Positions 16,772 to 26,050 of a DNA stretch of 64,000 bases are shown in pieces. Position 1 is the first letter of the stretch. The number at the start of each line of letters is the position of its first letter. Source of the DNA: a virus. The stretch covers positions 17,962 through 81,961 of the IMG/VR virus record IMGVR_UViG_3300047470_000295, one strand, 5' to 3'. The translations under genes were made by a program, and so were the position numbers. The notes beneath the pieces are model-generated. The model saw only the letters and a list, made by a program, of their open reading frames with translations. It had not been told where the DNA came from and ran no database searches.

Positions 16772-17622
16772 CCACCACCGTCGAAGCCCCGCAGATCATC
16801 GACGGCCTCCCGGCCGAGACCTACCACGCGGACCGCACGTCGATCTCCTCGTCCGGCCTGCGCGCGCTCCTCAACCCGGGCTGCCCCGCCCAGTTCAAGT
16901 ACGACCGCGACCACCCGCAGCCCCACAAGAAGGAGTTCGACCTCGGACACGCCGCCCACCTCCTCGTCCTGGGGGAGGGGCCGGAACTGGAGGTCATCGA
17001 CTTCCCGGACTGGCGGAAGAAGGACGCCCAGATCCAACGCGACGAGGCCTACCTCGCAGACAAGATCCCGCTGCTCACCAAAGACCACGACATGGTCCAG
17101 GCCATGGCCGAGGCCATCCGCCAGCACCCCGTGGCGGGCCCGCTGTTCACCCCGGGCACGGGTCTCGCCGAACAGTCCCTCTTCTGGACCGACCCGCGCA
17201 CCGGCGTCCGCTGCCGGTGCCGGCCGGACTGGATGCCACACCGCGGCGACGGCCGGCTCGTCGTCGTCGACTACAAGACCGCCAAGGCCATCGACGAGGC
17301 AGCGCTTCAGCGGGCCGTCTACGAGCGCGGCTACCACGCACAGGCCGCCCACTACCTCGACGGCGTCAAAGCCCTCGGCCTCCACGGAGACCAAGAACCC
17401 GCGTTCGTCTTCGTCTTCCAGGCCAAGACCGCGCCCTATCTGGTGCACCTCGTCGAACTCGACTTCCCCGCACTGGCGTTGGGCGCCGCCCGCAACGAAC
17501 GCGCCCTGCGCACCTACGCCGAGTGCGAGCGCACCGGCGTCTGGCACGGCTTCAACGACCGCATCACCTACCTGCCTCTGCCCCCGTGGGCGGAGAAGCG
17601 CGACCAAGAGGAGTACCTGTGA
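16768..17622 (+). CDS. PD-(D/E)XK (RecB/Cas4/RecE-like) exonuclease
   Basis: LVVVDYKTAK core motif and overall length. Paired with an annealase-like gene downstream. Confidence 0.75.
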   Translation: MTTTVEAPQIIDGLPAETYHADRTSISSSGLRALLNPGCPAQFKYDRDHPQPHKKEFDLGHAAHLLVLGEGPELEVIDFPDWRKKDAQIQRDEAYLADKIPLLTKDHDMVQAMAEAIRQHPVAGPLFTPGTGLAEQSLFWTDPRTGVRCRCRPDWMPHRGDGRLVVVDYKTAKAIDEAALQRAVYERGYHAQAAHYLDGVKALGLHGDQEPAFVFVFQAKTAPYLVHLVELDFPALALGAARNERALRTYAECERTGVWHGFNDRITYLPLPPWAEKRDQEEYL

Positions 17623-18449
17623 ACCAGCCCGTCCACCTCCCGTCCAACAACACGCCGCAGCGCATCGGCCAGGGCACCGCAGTCGAGCAGTCCCGCGCCG
17701 CCGCCGAAGTCCAGGCCGCGGTCATCGTCGCCCAGCAGTGCCCCCGCAACATTCAGTCCGCAGTCGCCGAGATGCGCGAATCCTGCAAGCAGCAGGGCCT
17801 CGCCGAGCGCGCCTTCTTCCGCTACTCCCGCGGCGGCCAGACCATCACCGGCGCCTCCGTGCACCTGGCCCGCGAACTGGCCCGCGTCTGGGGCAACGTG
17901 CAGTACGGGCTCGTCGAGATGCGCCGCGACGACGACTACGGCCAGTCCGAGATGCAGGCCTTCGCCTGGGACGTGCAGACCAACTCCCGCAACTCCTCGA
18001 CGTTCATCGTGCCGCACCGCCGCGACACGAAGAACGGACCCAAGCAGCTGACCGACATGCGGGACATCTATGAGACGAACGCCAACAATGGCGCCCGCCG
18101 AGTCCGTGAGGCGATCTTCGCGATCCTCCCGCCGTGGTTCGTCGAAGAGGCCAAGGATCTGTGCAACCAGACGCTGCGGGATGGCGGCGGTAAGCCCCTC
18201 GCTCAGCGTGTCGCAGACGCGATCAAGACCTTCGAGGGCATCGGCATCACCGTCGACCGGATCGAGAACCGGTTCGACCGGTCGTCCGACAAGTGGACCG
18301 AGCACGACGTCGTCCAGCTCGGCGTGATCTTCAAGTCGATCCAGCGCGGCGAGGTCACGGCCGAGGACGAGTTCCCGGCACCCCGCGTATCCGCCGACGA
18401 ACTGACCGGCGGCAAGACCGACAAGCCGGCCACCACTCCCGCCCCGTAG
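17619..18449 (+). CDS. single-strand annealing protein candidate (RecT/Red-beta-like, family uncertain)
   Basis: GTGA coupling to the exonuclease. GASVHLARELARVWGNVQYG-type core. The call rests on position and recalled motifs. Confidence 0.55.
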   Translation: MNQPVHLPSNNTPQRIGQGTAVEQSRAAAEVQAAVIVAQQCPRNIQSAVAEMRESCKQQGLAERAFFRYSRGGQTITGASVHLARELARVWGNVQYGLVEMRRDDDYGQSEMQAFAWDVQTNSRNSSTFIVPHRRDTKNGPKQLTDMRDIYETNANNGARRVREAIFAILPPWFVEEAKDLCNQTLRDGGGKPLAQRVADAIKTFEGIGITVDRIENRFDRSSDKWTEHDVVQLGVIFKSIQRGEVTAEDEFPAPRVSADELTGGKTDKPATTPAP

Positions 18450-18522
18450 CCCATCACCTAAGTCCGGGGTCCCGCCCGCCGAAATCAGGCGGGGCCCCGG
18501 CACCAGCCAAGGAGACCACGCT

Positions 18523-18918
18523 ATGCGAGCACTGACCATCCGCCAGCCGTGGGCGGGCGCGATCGCCCACCAGACGAAGCGGGTCGAGAACCGCACCTGG
18601 AAACTCCCCGCCAAGCACGAAGGCGCGCGCATCCTCATCCACGCCGGAGCCCAGCCCGACAAGTGGGCGGTCGTCTACGGCGAACACCTCGACGTGTACA
18701 GCGCGATCGTCGCCGTCGCCACCGTGACCGGCTGCCACTACTCCCAAGACGGCCGCTGCTGCGGCCCGTGGGGTCAGGAGAACGTCTACCACTGGACCCT
18801 CACCGACGTCGTCGCCCTGCCCGAGCCGGTTCCCGCGAAGGGTGCGCTCGGCTTCTGGACGCCTCAGCCCGAGACCCTCGCCGGCGTCCAGGCACAGCTG
18901 ACGGGAGTCGCGTCATGA
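18523..18918 (+). CDS. ASCH-domain protein
   Basis: MRALTIRQPWAGAIAHQTKRVENRTW start is typical of ASCH/PUA-like domains. Confidence 0.65.
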   Translation: MRALTIRQPWAGAIAHQTKRVENRTWKLPAKHEGARILIHAGAQPDKWAVVYGEHLDVYSAIVAVATVTGCHYSQDGRCCGPWGQENVYHWTLTDVVALPEPVPAKGALGFWTPQPETLAGVQAQLTGVAS

Positions 18919-19304
18919 CCCGCCGCCAGTCCGTCGCCGAGCGCCTCGCGTCCATAGAGAAGGACGCCCTCCTCGCCGACATCGCCAAGCACTCCGAGTG
19001 GGACAAGTTCCTCGTCGAGCAGGCCGTCCTGCACTTCGGGAGCAAGCAGAAGACCTTCTCGTGCAACGACGTTCGAGGAGTCCTGCCCGAGCTCGGGAAG
19101 GGCTTCCTGGGCGCGGCCATCAACTCGCTGCGCTCCGCGAACGTCATCGCCCACACCGGCCAGTACGTGCCGTCCACCAGCGAAGCCACCCACGGGCACC
19201 CCATCGCCATGTGGGAGCTGACCGCGAAGGGCCGCGGCATCATCGCCGCCCGCAAGACGGCCCTCCGTATCGCCGCCGGCATCGCTGAGCGGAGGGCCGC
19301 CTGA
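18915..19304 (+). CDS. hypothetical protein (129 aa)
   Basis: ATGA coupling. Confidence 0.45.
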   Translation: MTRRQSVAERLASIEKDALLADIAKHSEWDKFLVEQAVLHFGSKQKTFSCNDVRGVLPELGKGFLGAAINSLRSANVIAHTGQYVPSTSEATHGHPIAMWELTAKGRGIIAARKTALRIAAGIAERRAA

Positions 19305-20107
19305 TGGAGGCCTACTACGAGGACGCCACCGTCCAGCTGTACCTCGGCGACATGCGGGAGATCCTCCCCGCGCTCGGCGTCACCGCCGACCTGATCGTCG
19401 CCGACCCGCCCTACGGCGAGACGTCCCACGGCTGGGACCGCTGGCCCGACGGATGGCTCGACGTCGCCGCCCGGCACGCCCAGTCGATGTGGTGCTTCGG
19501 CTCGATGCGCATGTTCATGCGACGGGCCACCGAGTTCGGTACCGCCAACTGGCAGCTCTCCCAGGACGTCATCGGCCACGACGAGGACAGCCCCGTCCAC
19601 GGCGACGTCAACGTCGTCTGGGAGAAGCACAACGGCAGCGGCTTCGCCCGCGACCGCTTCCGCCGCGTCCACGAACACGTCCTGCACTGGTACCGCGGAC
19701 CGTGGGCCGGCGTACACCAGGACGTGCCGCGCGTCCCCTACAGCGGGCCGAACAAGTCGGCACACGGAAGCGCCAACCGGACCGCCCACACCGGGGCCGT
19801 CGGAGCCAGCTCCTACATCGACAACGGCACACGCCTCATGCGATCCGTGATCAAAGCGGCGGCCGTGCGCGGCCAGAAGCGGCACCCCGACGAGAAGCCC
19901 CTCCCGATCCTCGACCCGCTCATCCGCTACGGCTGCCCACCCGGAGGGCTGGTCATCGACCCCTTCGCCGGATCTAGCAGCACCCTCGAAGCCGCAGCAG
20001 CCGCCGGAATGCGCGCCATCGGCATCGAAGGCCGCGAGGACTACTGCGAAGCCTCCGCACTCCGACTGGCCAACATGCCGCTCCTCTTCGGCGGAGGTGC
20101 CGCATGA
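19304..20107 (+). CDS. DNA N6-adenine/N4-cytosine methyltransferase (N6_N4_Mtase type), orphan
   Basis: IVADPPYGE catalytic motif and a C-terminal DPFAGSSST SAM motif. No adjacent nuclease gene. Confidence 0.85.
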   Translation: MEAYYEDATVQLYLGDMREILPALGVTADLIVADPPYGETSHGWDRWPDGWLDVAARHAQSMWCFGSMRMFMRRATEFGTANWQLSQDVIGHDEDSPVHGDVNVVWEKHNGSGFARDRFRRVHEHVLHWYRGPWAGVHQDVPRVPYSGPNKSAHGSANRTAHTGAVGASSYIDNGTRLMRSVIKAAAVRGQKRHPDEKPLPILDPLIRYGCPPGGLVIDPFAGSSSTLEAAAAAGMRAIGIEGREDYCEASALRLANMPLLFGGGAA

Positions 20108-20382
20108 CCGCCGCCTTCGCCGTGCTCGCCCCGGTCGGTTCCTGGCTCCTCGACCACGAGTGGATCTTGCAGGCCGCGTTCTGGCTGCTCCTCGCCGCCA
20201 TCTTCGGCCTCCTGCTCTTGGTCGCCTACGGCATCGTCCGCGCCGGCCGGCGTGCAGGACACGCCATCGCCATCCGCTGGCACGCCCGCGAGTTGGCCCG
20301 GTGGGCCGAGGGCTACGCCAACCACCCCGGCGTCCGCCAAGCCACCGACTACCTCAACCAGCCCCGGAAGGAGACACCGTGA
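20104..20382 (+). CDS. membrane protein (92 aa)
   Basis: ATGA coupling. Two to three hydrophobic helices. Confidence 0.5.
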   Translation: MTAAFAVLAPVGSWLLDHEWILQAAFWLLLAAIFGLLLLVAYGIVRAGRRAGHAIAIRWHARELARWAEGYANHPGVRQATDYLNQPRKETP

Positions 20383-21215
20383 CCACCCACACCCCGTCCC
20401 GCGCCTGCTACCAGCGCGGGTGCCGAACCGCCGACTGCGTGGCGATCAACTACCGGTACGAGAAGGGCGTCAGCTACGACGTCTCCTGCGGACGGCGCCG
20501 GCAGATCGACTCCCAGCAGGTCCGCCTCCACATCGAACGGCTCCTCGCGCACGGCTGGTCGCGGCTCCGCATCGCCCAGACCGCCAGCATCTCCCCGTCG
20601 ACCGTGTACGGCCTCGCCGCCGGGCAGCGGGAAGTCCGCAGGCACATCGCCCTCGCCATCCTCTCCATCCCCGTCGGACCGCCCCGGATCACCGTCGACG
20701 CGACCGGCGCCACCCGCCGCATCCAGGCCCTCGTCGCCATCGGCCACACCATGGAGACCATCGCCGGCCTCGCCCACTTCGGGCACGCCCGGGTCGAGCA
20801 ACTTGCCGCCGGCACCACCGAAACCATTGACGCCGCCACCGCCGACACCATCACGGCCGTCTACCGGCAACTCCTGCCGAAGCCGGGCTCCAGCCGACTC
20901 GCCAAGGCCTACGCCCGGAAACGGGGCTGGCACGGCCCGCTCGCCTGGGACGACATCGACGACCCGGCTTGCCGACCTGACGACAACGGCGCGTACAACC
21001 CGGCCGACAAGTACCGGCGCGACCCGGACCGCATCCGGGAGATCGAGCACCTCTACCTCCTCGGAGAGTCCGTGCCCTCGATCGCCAAGCAGCTCGGCGG
21101 CAACGAGAAGTACATCAGCGACCAGCTCACCGAGATCATCCGCAAGCGCGCTGAACGGGCTGAAGCCGAACGCCTCGCCGCACGCCGAACGGCCACCCAG
21201 CAGCTCGCCGCCTAG
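20379..21215 (+). CDS. putative DNA-binding protein with repeated HTH-like segments (278 aa)
   Basis: GTGA coupling. SRLRIAQTASISPSTVYGLA and SIAKQLGGNEKYISDQL segments. Confidence 0.45.
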   Translation: MTTHTPSRACYQRGCRTADCVAINYRYEKGVSYDVSCGRRRQIDSQQVRLHIERLLAHGWSRLRIAQTASISPSTVYGLAAGQREVRRHIALAILSIPVGPPRITVDATGATRRIQALVAIGHTMETIAGLAHFGHARVEQLAAGTTETIDAATADTITAVYRQLLPKPGSSRLAKAYARKRGWHGPLAWDDIDDPACRPDDNGAYNPADKYRRDPDRIREIEHLYLLGESVPSIAKQLGGNEKYISDQLTEIIRKRAERAEAERLAARRTATQQLAA

Positions 21216-21240
21216 CCCCGATCGAGAGGAGTGCGCAGCC

Positions 21241-22422
21241 GTGCTGAACAACCAGATCGTCATCACGGATCGCAACGTCTGTCCTGGCGCCGTGCGCAAC
21301 GGCGCGGGTGCTGTCGACGCGAACGAGCTGACCAGCGACGAGTGGACGCGGCTGCGCGAGCGGAACGTGAACTCGCCGAAGGCCAGGCTCGTTCAGTGCG
21401 CCAAGTGCTGGGAGCTGTACCGCGAGGTCCAGTGGCTGAGGACGTACAGCACTAGCCGCGGCACCCGCGTAGTCAGCCATCAGCCCGGGGAGTCTCGTCC
21501 GGACCACGCCTACGAGCCCATCGAGACGGAAGAGCACCGGGCGTTCAACGACCGCGCCTTCCTGATCGGTGACGCCGAGGGCTACAACCCGCGCCGGGAG
21601 GCGTGGGCGTCGAACATGAAGACCCGCGCCGACGTTCTGCTCACCGGCACGCTCACGATCGCCTACGAGCACCAGCACTCCCCGTTCAGCTCCACAGGCC
21701 GGTACAGCGCCCCCGAGAGGACGCGTCTCGCCGCTGCCGTCGGGCGCACCGCGATGTGGCACTCCACCAGCGACAAGGTCCGCGGCCAGGTACCGATCCT
21801 GCGCACCGATGGCGGGCTGCCGCCGAAGGTGATCGCGAACCCCAACTACCGGCACGAGTTCCGAGGCGGCATCTACCGCATAGAGGTCTACACCTGCACT
21901 GTCCGGAACGGCTTCGAGTGCCCGAACGGCAAGTTCAGCGGATGCGGCAAGCCGCACGCTCGCGGCCAGGTCACGGCCGGCCAGTTGGATGACGTGCTGC
22001 GCGGCGCCCCAGTCGGCGCGTACATGCCGGTGATGGACGCGCAGGTGCTCCGGGCGCCGCGGTTCTTCTGGACGGACATGGCGTCCTACGGCCAGTACCT
22101 CGCGTACATAGCCAGCCCGGCCGCTCCGCTGGGCGCCGGTTCCCGGGGGCCCAGCGAGCTGACCCGGAAGGGCGGACGCGTGGGTCATTCGCGCGCCAAG
22201 GAGGCCCAGCTCGAAGCGATGCGCGCTGAGGCCGTCGACCTGGCTACGCCGCCGCGGGAAGCCGGCCCGGCCTCGCATCTCGTCGCTCCTGCCATTCCGC
22301 GCACGGTGCCCGGGGTGTGCGACACGGGCCGACCGAAGTGCGGCGGCCCTGCGCGCTTCTACCCGGCCGGATGGCGCTGCGACGACCACCGGCCCACGAC
22401 GCCCTGGCGCTCGGCCAGCTGA
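21241..22422 (+). CDS. hypothetical protein, possible CoiA-like nuclease core (393 aa)
   Basis: GTG follows GAGAGGA. LTIAYEHQHSPFS...ERTRLAAAVGRTAMWHS loosely recalls the CoiA pattern. Confidence 0.5.
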   Translation: MLNNQIVITDRNVCPGAVRNGAGAVDANELTSDEWTRLRERNVNSPKARLVQCAKCWELYREVQWLRTYSTSRGTRVVSHQPGESRPDHAYEPIETEEHRAFNDRAFLIGDAEGYNPRREAWASNMKTRADVLLTGTLTIAYEHQHSPFSSTGRYSAPERTRLAAAVGRTAMWHSTSDKVRGQVPILRTDGGLPPKVIANPNYRHEFRGGIYRIEVYTCTVRNGFECPNGKFSGCGKPHARGQVTAGQLDDVLRGAPVGAYMPVMDAQVLRAPRFFWTDMASYGQYLAYIASPAAPLGAGSRGPSELTRKGGRVGHSRAKEAQLEAMRAEAVDLATPPREAGPASHLVAPAIPRTVPGVCDTGRPKCGGPARFYPAGWRCDDHRPTTPWRSAS

Positions 22423-22431
22423 CACGACGAA

Positions 22432-22451
22432 GGCCCCGCCATAGCGGGGCC
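22432..22451. terminator. bidirectional hairpin
   Basis: GGCCCCGC-cata-GCGGGGCC between convergent genes. Confidence 0.5.
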
Positions 22452-22476
22452 GCTGAGAGGAGGGGACGTGGAGCAG

Positions 22477-22686
22477 CTAGGACTTCGCGGCGGGCGCGAT
22501 CTTCGCGACCCACTCGCGGGTGAAACCGGTGAGCTTCGCCATGTGGGAGGGGCCTTTGCCGCCGGCGCGTCCTTCGACCAGCAGTGCGCGCAGCTCTGCG
22601 TCGGCGTCGTTGAACGCCTTCTCGGCGCGGGTCCGCTTCTTCGCGGCGGCCTGAATCCTCTCGTCCAGCTCGTCCATGTTGCACAT
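22477..22686 (-). CDS. small DNA-binding-like protein (69 aa)
   Basis: Lone minus-strand ORF. SHMAKLTGFTREWVAKI is an HTH-like tail. Confidence 0.45.
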   Translation of the reverse strand: MCNMDELDERIQAAAKKRTRAEKAFNDADAELRALLVEGRAGGKGPSHMAKLTGFTREWVAKIAPAAKS

Positions 22687-22858
22687 AGTGACACGACTTC
22701 GCGTGATCGCGCTACGCGACCGCGACTATCGCTCGCGAATGCCGACCGCGAACGCTATTCTCATATCTGGAGTCGAGAGATCGCAGAACGAGGGCCTCCC
22801 TGAGGCCTGGTTCCGTGCGCCTGAAAACCCTCCAGAACTCTCCGAAGGACACCTACTC
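22687..22858. promoter_or_regulatory. AT-richer divergent spacer with direct repeats (ori- or operator-like)
   Basis: CGACCGCGA at 22717-22725 and again at 22743-22751. CGCG-rich near-palindromes. Confidence 0.35.
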
Positions 22859-23926
22859 ATGGCCCGTGGACACGGTCGGATTCTCACCAGCATCTGGGAG
22901 GACCCCGACTTTCTCGCGCTCGACGAGAGGGAGCAGCGTCTCTACCTGTTCCTCATCTCGCAGCCGAACCTCAACCACGCCGGCCTGCTCGACCTGACGC
23001 TGCGGCGCTGGTCTCGCAAGGCCCGCGGGCTCACTTCTGCCGAACTGGAGAAGCTGCTCCAGCGCCTGGAAGAGGCCCACTTCGTCGTCATGGATGACGA
23101 CACTGAGGAACTCCTCATCCGCTCCTTCGTCCGCAATGACGGCGTCTGGCGCATGCCGAAGGTCATGGGGGCCGCCGTCTCGGGCGCCCTGGAGATCTCC
23201 TCGCCTCGCCTCCAGGCCGCCCTGCTCGCCGAGATGGACCGGATCCCGCTGGACGAACTCAGCGACGAGCCCACCAAGTACAAGGGGCAGGACGGCCCCT
23301 CCATCCGACAGCAAGTCGTCATCCACATCAGCACCCTCCGCAAGGCGTTCGGCACCCCCGACCCCGACCCGTCCCGAAGGGATTCGGGAATCCCCTCCGA
23401 AGCCCCCTCGGGAACCCCCTCCGATACCCCTTCGCAGCCCCCTGCCGAAGGGGGTCCGAAAGGCTCTACGCGCGGGCGCGGGCGCGCGCCACACGCGCAT
23501 TCCCCTGCCCCTGCCCCTACCCCTGCCCCTGCCCCTGCCCCGAACCCCGTGGTGGTTGAGGTGGGGGAGGAGGCCTCAGGTAGTAGCGAGCCGGGCTCCT
23601 CGTCGCCTGACGGCGACGCCCCCATCGACCTCGACGGCTTCGCACTCACCGACTCGATGCGCCGCTGGGCCCTCGACACCTTCGGCCCCGGACTCGACAT
23701 CGACTACGAGACCGCACAGTTCGTCGACCACTTCCGCGCCCAGAACGTCCGCCGCCCCAACTGGCCCGCCGAATGGCAGAAGTGGATCCGCCGCTCCGCC
23801 AAGTACGCATCCGAGCGCGCCAACCGCCCGCAGCTGCGCTCCGTCGCAGGCACCGGGTCCCGCGCCGACACCCACACCGCCGACGACTACACGAACTCGA
23901 AAGTCGAGGACCTGTTCGCATCATGA
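22859..23926 (+). CDS. putative replisome organiser / replication initiator
   Basis: N-terminal ILTSIWEDPDFLALDEREQRLYLFLISQPNLNHAGLL wHTH-like module, a Pro/Ala linker (PAPAPTPAPAPAP), and position ahead of the loader and helicase genes. Confidence 0.5.
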   Translation: MARGHGRILTSIWEDPDFLALDEREQRLYLFLISQPNLNHAGLLDLTLRRWSRKARGLTSAELEKLLQRLEEAHFVVMDDDTEELLIRSFVRNDGVWRMPKVMGAAVSGALEISSPRLQAALLAEMDRIPLDELSDEPTKYKGQDGPSIRQQVVIHISTLRKAFGTPDPDPSRRDSGIPSEAPSGTPSDTPSQPPAEGGPKGSTRGRGRAPHAHSPAPAPTPAPAPAPNPVVVEVGEEASGSSEPGSSSPDGDAPIDLDGFALTDSMRRWALDTFGPGLDIDYETAQFVDHFRAQNVRRPNWPAEWQKWIRRSAKYASERANRPQLRSVAGTGSRADTHTADDYTNSKVEDLFAS

Positions 23927-24504
23927 CCACCACCGAGCACGACGCCTGGCGGGCCGAGGCCCGAGCCGAAGCCGTCGCCAACCGCCTCCAGACCTTCCTC
24001 GACCGCCGGCCCGCCGCCTTCAACGAGCCCGGCACCCTGCGGCGCGATGTCCACGCCTGGATGGACGGCTACCTCGACGGCCGCCACGGATCGCTCATCC
24101 TCACCGGCGAGATCGGCACCACGAAGACGTGGCACCTGTGGAAGCTCAACGAGACCCTCATCCGCCGCGGCTGGCGCGGTCTGTTCCGCATCGCCACCAC
24201 CTACGACGTCAAGGTCGCCACCGACCGGCCCGTCGACCACGAGGCCCTCACCAGGTGGCGCGAGGCCGACCTGTACGCCATCGACGACCTCGGCGCCCGC
24301 GCCGTCAACGACTGGACGGCCGACGCCATCAGCGAGCTCATCGACAGCCGCTGGCAGAACCGCCGGCCGACGGTCATCGCCACGAACCTGACCACCGCCG
24401 AACTCCGCAACGTCCTCGGCGACCGCGCCGCCTCCCGCATCGGTGACGGCGCCACCGTGGCCCGCTTCACCGGAGACGACCGCAGGAAAGGCGGCACTCA
24501 GTGA
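23923..24504 (+). CDS. DnaC/IstB-like helicase loader ATPase
   Basis: ATGA coupling. Walker A-like LTGEIGTTKT, Walker B LYAIDDLG, and RWQNRRPTVIATN. Confidence 0.7.
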   Translation: MTTTEHDAWRAEARAEAVANRLQTFLDRRPAAFNEPGTLRRDVHAWMDGYLDGRHGSLILTGEIGTTKTWHLWKLNETLIRRGWRGLFRIATTYDVKVATDRPVDHEALTRWREADLYAIDDLGARAVNDWTADAISELIDSRWQNRRPTVIATNLTTAELRNVLGDRAASRIGDGATVARFTGDDRRKGGTQ

Positions 24505-25859
24505 CCCACGACGACTTCGAGGCCGAGCAGCGCGACACGCTCCCCCCGCACGACCTGGACGCCGAGATGGCCACCCTCGCCGCGATGCTCCTGTCGCGTG
24601 ACGCGATCGCCGACGTCACCGAGATCATCAAGAACCCGGCCGACTTCTACCGGCCCGCCCACCAGACGATCTTCAGCGCGATCGTGGCCCGCTACCTCGA
24701 CGGCACGCCCGTCGACCCGATCGTCCTCGCCGACGACCTCGCCAAGACCGGCGACGTCACCCGAGTCGGCGGCGCCGCCTACCTGCACCACCTCGTCCAG
24801 CAGGTCCCGAGCGCTTCCACCGGCGAGTACTACGCCGGGATCGTCCGCGAGAAGGCCGTCCTGCGGAACCTCCAGTCGGCGTGCAACCGCACCCTCCACG
24901 TCATCGCCGACGGCACCGCCGAGACCGGCGAACTCCTCGACGACCTGCGCGCCGAAGTCGACGGCATCGTCGACGACACCGCCCACGGCGACGAGGACAC
25001 CCTCATCGGCGCCGACGGCGAAGACTTCCTGGAGCAGCTGGAGCACCTGCAGAAGAACGGGCCGGCCCGCGGCGTGAAGACCGGGTTCACGGACTTCGAC
25101 ACCCTCACCAACGGCCTGCAGCCCGGCCAGCTCATCGTCATCGCGGCCCGGCCCGCGATCGGCAAGTCGACACTCGGCACCGACATCGTCCGCCACGCGA
25201 CGATCGTCGAAGGCCTCCCGGCGGTGTTCTTCAGCCTGGAGATGTCCCGCACCGAACTGAAGATGAAGATCGCCTCCGCTCAGGCCCGCGTCGCCCTGCA
25301 CCACCTGCAGAGCCAGAACGGCATGACCGACGACGACTGGACGCGCCTCGCCAAGGCCTGGCCGATGATCAACGCGGCGCCCCTCGACATCGTCGACGAC
25401 GCCGGCCTGACCCTGACGAAGATCCGCTCGCACTGCCGCCGCATCAAGCGCAAGCGGGACCTGCGCCTCGTCGTCATCGACTACCTCCAGCTCATGGAGG
25501 GCGAGATGACCGGCCGCAGCGAGAACCGTCAGCAGGAAGTCGCGAAGATCAGCCGCAGCCTGAAGAAGCTCGCCGCCGAACTCCAGGTCCCCGTGATCGC
25601 CATGTCGCAGCTCAACCGCGGCGCCGAACAGCGCACCGACAAGAAGCCCCTGCTGTCCGACCTGCGCGAGTCCGGAGCGATCGAGCAGGACGCCAACATG
25701 GTGATCCTTCTGCACCGCGAGGACGCATACGACCGCGAAAGCCCCCGCGCCGGCGAGGCCGACTTCATCGTCGCCAAGAACCGCGGCGGCCCCACCGCGA
25801 CGATCACGACCGCGTTCCAGGGCCACTACAGCCGCTTCGTCGACATGGCGCAGACATGA
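24501..25859 (+). CDS. dnaB: replicative DNA helicase DnaB
   Basis: 452 aa. N-terminal LPPHDLDAEMATLAAMLL, Walker A AARPAIGKST, and the SQLNR motif. Confidence 0.95.
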   Translation: MTHDDFEAEQRDTLPPHDLDAEMATLAAMLLSRDAIADVTEIIKNPADFYRPAHQTIFSAIVARYLDGTPVDPIVLADDLAKTGDVTRVGGAAYLHHLVQQVPSASTGEYYAGIVREKAVLRNLQSACNRTLHVIADGTAETGELLDDLRAEVDGIVDDTAHGDEDTLIGADGEDFLEQLEHLQKNGPARGVKTGFTDFDTLTNGLQPGQLIVIAARPAIGKSTLGTDIVRHATIVEGLPAVFFSLEMSRTELKMKIASAQARVALHHLQSQNGMTDDDWTRLAKAWPMINAAPLDIVDDAGLTLTKIRSHCRRIKRKRDLRLVVIDYLQLMEGEMTGRSENRQQEVAKISRSLKKLAAELQVPVIAMSQLNRGAEQRTDKKPLLSDLRESGAIEQDANMVILLHREDAYDRESPRAGEADFIVAKNRGGPTATITTAFQGHYSRFVDMAQT

Positions 25860-26050
25860 CCGACTCCTGCCCCAGCTGCTGCCGCCGCGGCATAGCGGCG
25901 GCCGCCGAGAAGCGCCGCGGCGACGCGATCGTCCACGGCTACCAGTGCCCTGGTTGCGGACACCGCTGGGCCACCAGCCGACTCCTGTCGGCCTACTCCG
26001 AAGTCCACCGCGCCGCCGAGCGCCGCCGCCAGCAGGGAGAAGCCGCATGA
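25856..26050 (+). CDS. zinc-ribbon protein (64 aa)
   Basis: ATGA coupling. CPSCC...CPGCGH. Confidence 0.4.
   Translation: MTDSCPSCCRRGIAAAAEKRRGDAIVHGYQCPGCGHRWATSRLLSAYSEVHRAAERRRQQGEAA

Noticed and set aside
20097-21240. Long N-terminal extensions of ORFs 20097-21215 and 20803-22422, and likewise 40210-40560 upstream of the translocase
   Set aside because: The extensions are Arg/Pro-rich and overlap well-supported upstream genes. Internal GTG/ATG starts with ribosome-binding sites and stop-start coupling fit better.
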